Below are positions 38,317-51,340 of a DNA stretch of 64,000 nt, one piece after another. The stretch spans positions 112,654,001-112,718,000 of the forward strand of contig NC_042997.1 of the NCBI RefSeq assembly GCF_006345805.1, written 5' to 3'. Position 1 is the stretch's first letter. Every line of letters starts with the position of its first letter. The notes beneath the pieces are model-generated. The model ran no database searches and was not told where the DNA came from. It saw only the letters and a list, made by a program, of their open reading frames with translations. The position numbers and the translations under genes are program-made. Origin of the DNA: Octopus sinensis (Eukaryota).

Positions 38317-38518
38317 CTTTCTTTTTGCTCTATCTCATCAATCCACGTAGGAAAATTAGTCCATTTGTATTTGGCAACAACATTTGTCCGATTGTGAATA
38401 AATACACTTCTCTGATTGGTCAGAGAGATAAAAGTATTTTCAATACGAACCGAGTTTCTGTCCAAGCGTATGTTTATGTCTTGGGCAACAGCATGCAGTT
38501 CTATGAACAAAACTTCAC
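38317..38518 (-). CDS. HYDIN: HYDIN coding exon 8
   Basis: GEVLFIELHAVAQDINIRLDRNSVRIENTFISLTNQRSVFIHNRTNVVAKYKW...; 202 nt, phase 1 to 2. Confidence 0.96.
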
Positions 38519-39370
38519 CTATAAACAGAGAAACATCCTTTTTAGGAAAAGAAAATCATCTCCACCACCACAAGCTGAGGGAGGTGGTGGGGTCAATGAA
38601 TATAAGCTGAAGGGAAAGGTAGAGAAGGGCAGGTGGTGTCTGTAGAGATTAGAGTAGTAGAGTGGATGTAGTGAATGGTGACAAGGATGGAGGGAGTGAG
38701 CAATGATACATATGAGATGAAGGGAAGATGGGGGAGAGTAAGTGATGACTGACAGCACAGAAGGGGATGAAAAGCAGTAGAATAGTAATAATTATACTGT
38801 GGACAAGGGAGATGACATATGGGTTGAAAGAGTGTGAGGGGAGAGGCAAACAGTGTATGGGGAAGTGAGAAATGTATGGTGGTGTAGGAAAGACAACTTG
38901 GGAGCACAGTAGTGTGATCAATGTAAAATGTCAGAGGAGAGGGACAATATCAAGAATGAAGACTGGATGTCAAGTGATGTGGTTCAAGGTAGTGAGAAAG
39001 ATAACTGGTATCAGAGAAAAAAAATGATGAAATTAGCAGTTCTCATCTAATTTAATTACAGCAGCAGAATATTACAGTTAGGTAGGTGATGGAGGAGTCA
39101 GTGTGGAGAAGTAGTGGGTGGTGGTGAAGGCTTGAGGAGGAAACTGGGTGAGCAGCCTAGATGTGTGTGTGTGTGTGTGTCATTATTCACTTTATTTCAA
39201 GATTAGTTGCCAATAAAGAACTGGTTTCTAACCTAGATCCAAGGCTCCTTTATTGGAATTTCAACAACAACAGAGTATGTATGTATGTGCATGCATGCAG
39301 ATTTGTATGTTTTGCTCTATGTATGTATTCTCATACATATTATTACATATCTAGACATACTCATATATAT

Positions 39371-40640
39371 TTAAATGAAAAACTTCTGGAAACTTTTACA
39401 GATTTTTTCAGTTCCACTGATGCATTGGATCTTTAGTCTTCGAATTAGTTTTCTCCTTTCTGGTTTTGAGAAGCCTAATTTCTCAAGATTGGTACTTAGG
39501 CAGTGTGTTACATATCCCAGGGCTCCAATAATTACAGGTATATACCTGCACTTGTAGTTTGGATAGAGTAACTGCAGATTTCTCAATAGTTCAGTATAGG
39601 TATTCTCTTTTTCACTGATCTTCAGCTTTATGTTAACATTTGCTGGGCAGCTGATTTCCACAACTGTCCACAGTTTCTCTTCTCGATCCCAAATCATTAT
39701 ATCAAGTCTGTTGTGCTTACATTTTATTGAGGTCTTCACTAGGACATAACACCAGTACTCATTTTTATTATCAGTGGCTTTGGCTTCTACCATATCATGG
39801 GTCCTTATTTCTTTGACCTCAGGATTATCCTTCTGATGAATTTCATTTAGAGTGTCCTAGCTACATCATTACTCATCGGTAGATAATACCATGATGACAT
39901 ATATATGTATGTATGCATGTAAGTATGTATGTATATGTCTGTCTGTATGTATGTATGTCTGTCTTTTAATTATTATAAATCTTCCACTGAGGAGGGAGTC
40001 GGTTTTCAACAAAGACACATTCACATTTGGAACTTGAGAAAAGTCTAGCATATTTTTACTGTTCCACTCACAGATTGCACTTGTAATGTATGAATGAGCC
40101 GATTAATTTCTCTTTCTGAAAATCCCAGTTTGTCCAGATCCTCCTTTAAGCATTTACTAACAAAACCTAGTGCTCCAATTATTATTTGTATGAATATGAA
40201 TCCATAGTCTGGATAGAGAAGCTGGAGGTTTCGAAGCAGTTGTCCATAGATATCCTCTTTTTCTCTGATTTTCAAAGAGATATTTATATCTTCAGGGCAG
40301 CTGACCTCTATGATGGTATATACCTTTGCCTCTCTGTCCCAAACAACAATATCCAGCCTGTTATGTTTACATTTGACACAAGTTTTGATGGGAATATTCC
40401 ACCAATATTCCTTGAGTTGGTGTTTATAAATGGATTCCATAACAGAGGGATTTTCTAAGTTTATTTCAGGACAGTCTTTTTTGCAGGTGGCATTGTAGAT
40501 TGTTTTAGCAACAACATCATGTCACATAGGGAGGTAGTACCATGATGTCATTTTAAGACAGCTGCTAATCATATGCGTAATGTCTTCCACAGAAACATGA
40601 CACAGCCTACACATGCAGTTGCACATTGGGATTACAAGAT
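39371..40640 (-). mobile_element. Two tandem 3' remnants of an RLE-type non-LTR retrotransposon (R4/Dong-like)
   Basis: CRLC..EDITHMISSC zinc knuckle, plus KHNRLDI..WDRE.K..T.(I/V)E.SCP and PVIIGALG (PD-(D/E)xK nuclease) in ORFs 39371-39793 and 40045-40440. Confidence 0.8.
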
Positions 40641-40765
40641 CATCACTGTCTCTCTTATTCACCAGGTACAGGGGGAAGAGGAGAGAATGGGCAGAGAAGA
40701 TAGGAAAGGGGGGAGAGGAATGAGGGGAAAGAGCCACACATGTAACATTAATGAAGTTCACTCAC

Positions 40766-40890
40766 CTGTGTCATATCTCAGGTAGAGTTGGCCGTGATGG
40801 TTGCCCACTTCTGTCGGGTAAAACTCTATATCTACCTGGCTATTGGCATTTACAGCAACAGTTCCATGAACAGGTGAAACACTGAAAGGT
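40766..40890 (-). CDS. HYDIN: HYDIN coding exon 7
   Basis: PFSVSPVHGTVAVNANSQVDIEFYPTEVGNHHGQLYLRYDT; 125 nt, phase 2 to 1; donor GTGAGT. Not in the ORF track. Confidence 0.94.
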
Positions 40891-41448
40891 CTGTATAACA
40901 GGGAAGATAAAAAAAGTCAATTAAATCAATCCTCTCATCAACAATAAAGAATAACAATTCAAATATATCTTTTGCTACATTCACCACCACCACAACCATC
41001 ACCATCATCACCACTACCACCATCACCACCACTACCATCATCACCATCACTATCATCACCAACCACTCCGAGAGTGTAGAGGGTGCTTTTTACATACCAC
41101 CGGCACGGGGCCAGTCAGGCGACACTGGTAACGATCACACTCAAATGCCTTTTACGTGCCACTGACACGGAAGCCAGTTAGCCACTCTGGCAACAATCAT
41201 GCTCAGATGGTGCTCTTGGCACCCTACTAGCATGGGGCACAAGTGCCAGTAAGGCGACGCTGGTAACAATCACACTCGAATGGTGCCTTTTACATCACAA
41301 CTATCCACCACTCCCTCTCTCTCCTTTACCAATGACTATCCATAGTCATTATTGTCTTTCTCCCATTACCCCCTACCGTTACTGTCTATTTCCCATTACT
41401 CTCTCTCTCCCCTTATTTCTAGTCAATCTCATTTTAGGTGAAACTTAC

Positions 41449-41648
41449 AGAAGTGTAAAGAAAGAAAACTTGGCATCTCTGTTACCAATATTTCTAAGAA
41501 GAATAGTTTTGGTCGATGCCATTAATACTGGACAGGTTGGAAAGTGGATCTCATCTGGGATGTCCACAATGGCACGGGCTCCAATGGCTTTTATTGGTAC
41601 AACGTATCTCTCTCTTTCTGTTGTACATACAATCTCATGTTCATAATC
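41449..41648 (-). CDS. HYDIN: HYDIN coding exon 6
   Basis: DYEHEIVCTTERERYVVPIKAIGARAIVDIPDEIHFPTCPV...LRNIGNRDAKF; 200 nt, phase 0 to 2. Confidence 0.96.
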
Positions 41649-44293
41649 CTGCAATTATATAACAAAAACAGGAATTTCTCTTGAAATAAGGGAATATCTT
41701 ATAAGACTATCGCTTTTCTTTCACCTCTTACGCCGGCAGCGGCGGCATCGTTTAACGTCCAATACATAATTCAGTCATTACATAGCAGCCATGCTGGAGC
41801 ATCATCTTGAAGAATTTTTTGTCAAATGAATCGATCCCAGTACTTTTAAGCCCGGTACTTATTCTATTGAACTCTTTTGCCAAACTGCCAAGTTACAGGG
41901 ACATAAACACACCAACAGTTGTCAAGCAGTGATGGAGGACAAACACAGGCACAAAGACACACACATGCTCCCACACACACACACACACAAGCTTCTTTCA
42001 GTTTCTGTCTGCCAAATCCACTCACAAGGCTTTGGTTGACCTGGGGCTATAGCAGAAGACACTTTCCCAAGGTGACAAGCAGTGGGAGTGAACCCAGAAC
42101 GATGTGATTGGGAAGCAAACTTCTTACCACACCGCTATACCTGTGCTTATGGGTAACAAGCTCTGAGAAACCTGACAGTTGAGCCATCAAACTAGGAAAA
42201 TCAGGAATCAAAAGTCCTCACCATAGAGATGGAAGCAAAGAGTGTGGTGGGAAAATCTGCTGATGATCAAATGAAATGGCTCTCAATTTCTGAGGAAAAA
42301 AAGAACCAGGGCTCTGAATGCAATGGCAGAAGGATCTGAAAAAAGTTCTAACTAGATCTGATCAGAGGAATACAAGTGAGTCTCAGAAGTACAAATTACA
42401 CTCCATGCAACTGGCATCTTAGACTGACATGGTTCTGACATCCAAGACACCTTGGTGCTGGGGCACCTTGACTACCTAGGAGGGTGCAGGTTGTAATGCA
42501 AACAACAGCACAAGATATGGCAGCAGATATTGAAGGCGGTAAGCTGGCAGAAACATTAGTATGCTGGGCGAAATGCTTAGCAGTATTTCGTCTGCTGTTA
42601 CGTGTTGAGTTCAAATTCCGCCAAGGTCGACTTTGCCTTTCATCCTTTCGGGGTCGATAAATTAAGTACTAGTTACGCACTGGGGTGGATGTAATCGGCT
42701 TAACGCCTTTGTCTGTCCTTGTTTGTCCCCTCTATGTTTAGCCCCTTGTGGGCAATAAAGATATAAGATATGGCAGCAGAGGGGTAGCCAGATGAAACTC
42801 AGCCCCCTAAGCATGTAAGGAATTTACATTTTCAGACTTGGGCCTCTGTGTCTATCTTTATCTGGGCTCCTGAGTAAAAAAATAAATATTTGCATATACA
42901 GCTCAAGAGTAACAATTGCAGGCAAACTAATGGACAGAATCACTAAAACAAAAAAAATCAGAAGAATAACAAAAATAGATCTTGTTCACCTGAATCACTA
43001 TTTTCCTCATCATTTTCACCAGTTTCATTGTCTGAATCATTATCACTACCTGTGTAAGAGTAAACTCTTCGTCCACAGAATAAATATCACCAGACTGAGT
43101 TCCTTTCGTGTGTTGGGTCACACGGAGGCAATGACCAAGGCCTTTGTCATTATGTCATGCTTGAGAAGAAGACCCATCAAGCCGAGCAAAATCGCAGTTG
43201 TGGCAGATACCAGTGTCATGCAAATGGCACCTGTGCCAGTGGAACATAAAAGCACCTGTTACACTGTTGCAGTGGTTGGCATTAGGAAGGGCATACAGCC
43301 GTAGAAACCATACCAAACCAGACTGGAGCCTGGCAGAGCCTTCCAGCTTGCCAGTCCTAGTCAAACCAGCATGGACAACGGACGTTAAAATAATTTCCTT
43401 AACTGCAAAAGCCTTGCTCGTTTACAAGATGAAGCTCTAGGTTCATCACACACTCATTTAATCATCACAAACCATTAAATATATGTATGTACTGGGGCCA
43501 CATAAAAAGTACCCATCCTAGTGCCACACAAAGAGCACTCAGTACACACTGTATTAAATGATGACGATGATGTATTTAAGTATGTATCATCATCGTTTAA
43601 TGTCCGCTTTCCATGCTGACATGGGTTGGATGATTTGACTGAGAACTGGCAAGCTGGGAGGCTGCACCAGGCTCCAATCTGATCTGGCAAGATTTCTAAC
43701 GGCTGGATGCCCTTCTTAATGTCAACTACTCCAAGACTGTAGTGGGTGATTTTTACGTACGTGTCACTGGCAGAGGCCAGTCAAGCAGCATTGGCATTGA
43801 CCACGCTCGAATGGTGCTTTTTATGTGCCATGTATACACACGCACTCTCTCTCTCCCTCTCTCCCAAAAGAGACCTGGACAATCTACCACAGGTTGATAA
43901 GAGAGTAGTATTGCAGATGGCAAAAATGACCACTATGAGATCCATGATTATGAAACACTAGTTTAGAGGGTCTGGTCATCTTGTCCATTTAAAGGAAACC
44001 TGTAGGCCAAAGCAGGTGCTGCATGGTGAGCTGGAGCAAGGAAAACATCCTCAGTGCAAGCAATGCAAGCATTTCAAAGACGATCTTAAAGAAACACCGA
44101 GAAAGATCTAAACTGATACTAACAGGAGGGATTTGGTTTCAATTGGTGTTAAAGAACTCGAGAACACGGTTGCAAACGCCAAGCTGGTGTGAGTTGTTAA
44201 ATATGTGAATGATGTGAACCCACTCCCTGAAAAGGTCACAAAAGAGTCTCTTCTGAGTAACCAGAGTTGTCATGTCTGTTTCTCAAAGGCAGG

Positions 44294-44327
<34 letters not shown>

Positions 44328-44436
44328 CTAATATAAGGGTAAATAATTATTAATTTTAAAATTGATAATTATTACTAAGTATTTTCTGTATAGAAAGAGA
44401 ACCATTATCGGTAGGAACTTTAACAAAAAGTTTTAT

Positions 44437-44495
<59 letters not shown>

Positions 44496-44610
44496 CAAAC
44501 AACAAGTAATGTTATATGTGGAGCTATATCTGTAGTAAATAGGAATAAGCGGTCTTTGCCTGCTATTTCTAAATTTTCAGTATGTGGTTAAGCAACTTGT
44601 TACTTAACCC

Positions 44611-44669
<59 letters not shown>

Positions 44670-45358
44670 GTAATCCAAACATGAACAAGCAAGAAAAAAC
44701 AACAACGCGAGGACATGGAATAAGTACAGTGTTATTGGACGCTCAGGAAAAGAAAGAAAAGAAAGACGATTTCATGTTTCAAGTGTAGCTCTTCATCAGA
44801 AATATAGAAAAAGTCCAAAGAAGGGAAGACGGAGAAAGAAAATCGCCAAAGGCACAGGACTGGCTGTGTGGTAAGTAGCTTGCTTACCAAACACATGGTT
44901 CTGGGTACGGTACCACAGCGTGGCACCTTGGGCAAGTGCTTTCTACTATAGCCTCAGGCCAACAAAAGCTTTGTGAGTGGATATGATAGACAGAAACTGA
45001 AAGAAGACCGTTGTATATATATATGTTTGTGTGTGTGTGTGTGTTTGTCTCCCCAACATCGCTTGACAACTGATGCTGGTGTGTTTTACGTATCCGTAAC
45101 TTAGCAGATCAGCAAAAGAAACTGATAGAATAAGTACTAGAATTACAAAGAATAAGTCCTGGGGTCGATTTGCTCAACTAAAGGCGGTGCTCCAGCAAAG
45201 CCACCGTCAAATGACTGAAGCAAATAAAAGAATATATATAATGCACATGCACACACGCACGCACACACACACATATGCAAACACACACACACTCACTTTT
45301 GAAAGTTATTAAATTCTTATGATGTCAACAACATATATGAATGTAAAAGAAATACTAC

Positions 45359-45493
45359 CTTATTTTCTTCTGGGGTGAACTGAACCTTGAATACAAGTGC
45401 CAGCCCTGGGGCCACTTTGTGGTGTGCATCAGGAGGAGGGATCAATTTGAAGTAAGGAGAGGCTTCTTGATTCACTTTTACAGTACGTGGGAT
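45359..45493 (-). CDS. HYDIN: HYDIN coding exon 5
   Basis: IPRTVKVNQEASPYFKLIPPPDAHHKVAPGLALVFKVQFTPEENK; 135 nt, phase 0 to 0. Confidence 0.96.
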
Positions 45494-45593
45494 CTGATCA
45501 AAAAAATAATAAATGGTATAATTGTACTTCATTTAAAATATTTTAATCACACAATATAGAAATTCAAAATTAATAATAAAAAGAACAAAAATA

Positions 45594-46175
45594 CAGGGTG
45601 TCCATAAAGTCTCTTTACAATTTTAAAATTTTATTACAAAGGTAGTTGACACGATATCTTAACCAGATTTGTTTTATTGTAATAATTGTTTATTAAAGAG
45701 TTTTTAACTGTTATTTAATAGACCTCAATATGGGCACCATTAGTTGTGTGAAGCACATCAAGATGGTACTCGATTTCTTGCCATGTTCGCTGTAGGACAG
45801 CCTCATCAACGGTGGCAATGGCATTACGAATCCTTTGCTTCAAGCCAGCAATGTCCACTATCTTTGTTTGATACACAATATCTTTTACATAACCCCATAA
45901 AAAGAAGTCCAAGGGAGTGATATCTGGTGAACGCTGTGGCCATGGAATTGGCCCATCCCTTCCAATCCATTGGTCTGGAAATGTTTGATTGAGGAACTGA
46001 CGAACATGCCATCCCCAATGTGGTGGTGCACCATCTTGCTGGAAAATCAATCAGTTGTGGTGCCACATATTCGATCAGAAGGTTGAGGTAAACATCTGCA
46101 GTAATTGTTGCCTCGTTAAAGAAAAACGGACCAATTATTCGATTGCACATGATTCCACACCACACATTCAACATG
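45594..46175 (-). mobile_element. Tc1/mariner-superfamily transposase 3' half with right TIR
   Basis: FQQDGAPPHW..WIGRDGPIPWPQRSPDITPLDFFLWGYVKD; TA|CAGGGTGTCC terminus. Confidence 0.9.
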
Positions 46176-46259
46176 ATATTAATAATGATGATGATGATGA
46201 TGATGACAACAATAATAATAATAATAAGCAGAGAAGAAAGAGAAAACAAAAGGAAGAAG

Positions 46260-46600
46260 TGCAAAAAAGACATGAAGCAGAATTACGCAAGAAGGGACTA
46301 CACAATCAATTCCATGCAACCACAACAGAAGTTGCTGGAAAAAGTAGGTGGGATTGGCTGATGAAAGGAACAATAAAAAAAAAAGGGGTCGAGGTCACTA
46401 TACTGGCATTGCAAGACCAAGCTTTGGCCTCGAACCGGAGGTCAACCTTAAGAATGAGCAAGTGTCTCTGCTGTGCTGCATCTGCAATAGAGTGGCTGAA
46501 ACCATAGCCCATATCACGAATGAATGCCCTAGACTAGCCCAAAAGTCTACAGCATTCAATTAGCGATCAAGTAGTGAAAGTGCTATATTGGAAACTGGAG
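46260..46600 (+). mobile_element. RLE-type retrotransposon remnant (zinc-knuckle region)
   Basis: GLHNQF..W.WL.KG.IKK..ILALQDQAL..C..C..ETIAHITNECPRLAQ. Confidence 0.7.
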
Positions 46601-46959
46601 GTTAGAAAGAGGCAAGATGGTTTTAATTCAGCTCACTTTATTGTATTGTCTGTATTTACAGTGAAGCTATTGTTTACAAACAGCAAACACACAAGAAGAT
46701 GAGGGGGGAATACAAACACTCACACAAAGACACATGCCTACAGTCAATATCCATCTTTCATGCTGCCATGGATAGTTGGACAGGATCCAGAGCTACAGTG
46801 TCAAGCTCCAATGTCTGCTTTGGCAAGGTTTCTGATAGCAGGAGGAAGTTCTGACAGGGAAAATAGTTTTTGCATGTGGAAGGTGCACAGGGACATCATC
46901 ATCATCATCGTTTAACATCTGCCTTCCATGCTGGCATGGATTTGACAACACTAAAAATG

Positions 46960-48048
46960 TACAGAAAATAGACTCCATCAAACGCCTGGGGGGAAAACTA
47001 GAAGTAATTGATAGCTTCCGTTACCTAGGTGACTAAGTCAGTAGCAAGGGTGGATGCTGCAAGAGCGTAGCTGATAGAATAAGAACAGGTTGGGCAAAAT
47101 TCAGAGAGCTCCTACCTCAGTTGGTAACAAAGGGCCTCTCACTCAGAGTGAAAAACAGATCATGTGATACCTGTGTGCGAATAGCCATACTACACAGCAG
47201 TGAAACATGGGTTGTGACCACTGAGGACACCACAAAGGCTTGAAAGAAATGAAGGCCAGTATGCTTTGCTGGATGTGCAATGTCAGTGTGCATATTCAAC
47301 TGAGTGTCAGCATCTTGAGAGAAAAGCTGGGAATAAGAGGTATCAGATGTGGTTGCATGAGAGACAACTGCGTTGGTATGGTCATGTGATGCATATGAAT
47401 GAGGACAGCAATGAGAAGAAGTGCCAATCTCTAACTGTGGAGGAAATCTGTGGAAGAGGTCAATACAAGAAGACACAGGAAGAGGTGGTGAAGCATGAAC
47501 TTTGAATGTTGGGCCTCATGGAGGCAATGACAAGCGCCCGAAAAGTTTGGCGATTTGCTGTGTTTCAGAAAAGCCATCAAGTCAAGTGAAATTGCAGTTA
47601 TGGCCAACGCCGGTGTCATGTAACTGGCACGTAAAAAGCACCCACGAACATTGGGTGATATGCCATACTTGAGAAGACCCACGAAGCCAAGTAAAATTGT
47701 AGTTGTGGCCAATGCCAGGATTGCATAACTGGCACCCATGCTGGTGGCATGAAAAAGGCACCATTTGAACATTGAGCCTGATGGAGGCAGTGACAAGTGA
47801 CCAAGACATTTGGCAATACGCCATGTTGAGAAGACCAGCTAATCCAAGTGAGATCATAGTCATGACAGATGCCAGTACTGCATAACTGGCACCCACCGCA
47901 CTCTTGGAGTAGTTGGCATTAAAAAAGGCATCCAGCCATAGAAACCATGCGAAATCAGATTGGAAGCTGGTGCAGCTCCCTAGCTTACCAGTTTTCAGTC
48001 AACCCATCTGACCCATGCCAGCATGGATAATGGACGTTAAATGATGAT
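46960..48048 (+). mobile_element. RTE-clade LINE 3' portion with 3' UTR ending in (GAT)n
   Basis: KLEVIDSFRYLGD..GWAKFRELL..LRWYGHVM, followed by the same tail found in about 29 copies across the window. Confidence 0.88.
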
Positions 48049-48875
48049 GTACTGGGTGATTTTATTTATGACACCAGCTCTAGTGAAGTCTACACAAACA
48101 CACATATAAATATGTATAATAATTTGTAGAAAACAGGTATGGTATTCAGTGATTAATAGAACATACACGTGTTTCAGGAAATGCCTTAATAATTGCATAA
48201 TAAAAGTAGAAACATTGTGCAATCTTGCAAGTTCACCTCATCAGTGTTCTGCAATCAGTATGTAGTCATGCTTCACAGTACCAGGAGTGGCTGTGTGGTA
48301 AGTAGCTTGCTTACCAACCACATGGAATCATGGGCAAGTGTCTTCTACTATAGCCTCAAGCTGACCAAAGCCTTGTGAGTGGATTTGGTAGACGGAAACT
48401 GAAAGAAGCGTGTTATATGTGTGTGTGTGTGCATTTGTCCTGCCACCATCGCCTGTCAACCAATGTTGGTGTGCTTACGTCCCTGTAACTTAGTTCGTCA
48501 AAAGAGACGATAGAATAAGTACTAGGCTTTCAAAGAATAAGTCCTGGGGTCGATCTCTTTGATTAAAAGGCAGTGCTCCAGCATGGCCGCAGTCAAATGA
48601 CTGAAACAAATAAAAGAATTAAAGAATATATATATATATATATATATACATATATATTATAGGACATGCTTCTTTAATTTCTGTTTATCGATTTCTCTCA
48701 CTAGAGATTGATGAAGCTGGGGCAGCCGCATAAAATATGAAGAAACAAAGTCCATAAAGTGAAACCAAACCCTTGACTATGTGGCTCTGAAACATCCACC
48801 TTAGCTGCATGGCCATGCCTGAGTTGAATAAAAGTGTACAAGATTGTGCATTGGAAACCAGATAACATTACTTAC

Positions 48876-48995
48876 TCGGTCTTTATTTTCAAGAAGCAAA
48901 GATACTTCATAAACCTTGAAAGGTTCATATTGTTGGAAAAATATTTCTGATGGGAAAGGCTGGAAAATGGGTTCATTAATATTTACAGTTGAGAT
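48876..48995 (-). CDS. HYDIN: HYDIN coding exon 4
   Basis: ISTVNINEPIFQPFPSEIFFQQYEPFKVYEVSLLLENKDR carries the hallmark FQPFPSEI motif. 120 nt; donor GTAAGT. Confidence 0.96.
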
Positions 48996-49644
48996 CTGAA
49001 AAAGTTTTAAGAATTCACAAGTAAGAAACAATAAAGATGGGAATGAAGAATACACACTAAATACCATTTAAAATATGAATTGTCATAATCTTTTCTACCA
49101 TATGCACAAGGCCTGAAATTGGGGGGGGGGGACTAGGCAATTACATCGACCCCCAGTGTTTCACTGGTACTTAATTTATCGACTCCAAAAGAATGAAAAG
49201 TAAAGTCAACCTCAGTGGAATTTGAACTCAGAACATAGCAACGGGCAGAATAGTGCTAAGTATTTTGCCCGGCATGCTAACAATTCTGCCAACATGCCAC
49301 TTTCTATAGTAATAATGATAATGCTTTCTGCTGTAAGCACAAGGCCTGAAATTTGGGGGGAGGAAATTATTGGATTACATTAACCCCAGTACTCAACTGC
49401 TACTTATTTTATCAACCCCAAAAGGTAAAGTTAACCATGGCAGAATTTGAGCTCAGAATATAAAACCAGAAGAAATTGTGTTAAGGATTCAGTCTGGCAT
49501 GCTGATTATTATACCAGATTACCTCCCTTTTAATAATAGCAAAAATAACAACAATAGTTTTGTGTGTGTTAAATTTGTTATATTGAATTTTTCCCTGTAA
49601 GTTTTGGAATTATATTCCCTACTATTATTAATTATTATTATTAT

Positions 49645-49797
49645 ATATAACAAAAGAAAGGAAGAGACCTCAATATTACGTAAATAGAGGAAATTTATCT
49701 ATAAAACAATATGTTACATTTACTCAATAGTCAAGATAAAACTCTGAGTTTCAGATGCCGAAGTGGAAATCCACAACACCATCTCTTCGGTTATCTG
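49645..49797 (-). mobile_element. Solo copy of the 213-490 hammerhead-bearing family (motif 49734-49796)
   Basis: Near-identical to 240-470; CCGAAGA and GAAA boxes retained. Confidence 0.75.
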
Positions 49798-49990
49798 AAA
49801 AACACTATGAAAAAATACTGTTATATAAAGGGAAATTACTGTATTATAATTCTGCTTGCGGACCCACGTGCATACTTATACGTCACTATGAAAACGTACA
49901 CATCTTCACTCGCATTTTTCGCCAAATATATACGCATATTTATACAAACTCATACACACACACATGCGTACCGTAAAAGTTCATACATAC

Positions 49991-50041
<51 letters not shown>

Positions 50042-50043
<2 letters not shown>

Positions 50044-50925
50044 TGGTCTGATCAAGAAGTATCCGGGTCGTTACCATAATAATGAAGATAAAGCACGCAT
50101 AGTAAAGCTGCTAACATAGATTGACCTAGAACTCTGCTGTGCATACACACTAAGTTTTAACATTCTAGCTGAATTCTGCTATTTACAGCAATGGGAAGGA
50201 AGGTGTGTAGCATATGATCATCACATTGACCATGACAGAGAAAGTTGAGCAGAGAATCTGCATCAGATTTTGCCAAAAGCTTGGTGATACCTGTTCAGAG
50301 GCCTATGCAAAATTTCCAAAAAGTTTTCTTCATTCTCGACAAAATCAAGATCTTGTGCAACTGAAACCCAAGTGTCTTTTTGGTCAGCTGAAAGCAGTTT
50401 GGGCACAGACTTGGCAGACATGCGTCTCATACCCAAATCTTCAGTGATAATGGACTGAACCCTAACTAATCTGCACATCTTCTGATAACTCACGGATGGT
50501 GATTCGACAAGTTTCCCTCATACCTGCACACACATTAGTGATGATATTCTAAGTTCTGCTGGTTGTGGGTCTCCCAGAACGTTCATCAATATCATCATTT
50601 TTTTGGCCATGTTGGAAACATCTCAAACGCTCGTCACACTTGTGTGCAGCTCATACACTCCTCTCCATACACTTTCTACAACTCTGCATGGGCCTCTGAG
50701 CAGGTATCACCATGACAACTTTCTCTGTCAAGGTCAATGTGACAATCACACACTACACCCCTTCCTTCCAAACACTGCTGTAAACAGCAGAAATCAGCCA
50801 GAATGCTAAAACTTAGTGCACACGCACAGCGGAGTTCAAGGTCACTGTATGCCATGCGGCTTCACTCTGCATGCTTTAGCTTTATTATTATGACAACAGT
50901 CCGGAAACTTATTAATCAGACCTCA
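50042..50925. mobile_element. Palindromic mariner derivative made of two left ends
   Basis: Both ends start GGTCTGAT(C/T)AA.AAGT.TCCGG and read inward into the transposase start (MTEKVEQRICIRFCQKLGDTCSEA on +; GDTCSEAHA..GMRRMSAKSVPKLL on -). Confidence 0.85.
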
Positions 50926-50947
50926 TATATATGTGTGTGTGTAGATA

Positions 50948-51166
50948 CAGGGTGTTCAAAAGGTCTCTCTGCAGTAAGTATTTTATTGCAAAATAAATAT
51001 TTATAAGATGGTATAAGACTACAAAAGAATATATTAGACTTTACAAAAACTTATAAGAGGTGCTGAAAATGTCGTCCTTCATTTTCAATACATAAGTTGA
51101 CTCTTTTACACATGTTTTGAAATACATCTTGGAGGAAAAAATTCACTGCGGAGAGACTTTTTGAAC

Positions 51167-51172
<6 letters not shown>
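50948..51172. mobile_element. 225 bp Tc1/mariner-type MITE
   Basis: TA-flanked ~28 bp TIRs CAGGGTGTTCAAAAGGTCTCTCTGCAGT / ACTGCGGAGAGACTTTTTGAACACCCTA. Confidence 0.88.
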
Positions 51173-51211
<39 letters not shown>

Positions 51212-51214
51212 TAC

Positions 51215-51340
51215 TTTGTGATGAACTGTATCTCCGATTTCAAGGAGTTGCAATTTCTCTGGAATCCTCATTGTACGTGTATTGGTCAATCTCTCTTCTG
51301 TTGTCATAGAGATGTTCTTTAGGAAGACACTTGGAATAAG
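51215..51340 (-). CDS. HYDIN: HYDIN coding exon 3
   Basis: LIPSVFLKNISMTTEERLTNTRTMRIPEKLQLLEIGDTVHHK, similar to vertebrate LTPSEFLKEMSLTTEQRL. 126 nt with AG/GT boundaries. Not in the ORF track. Confidence 0.92.
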
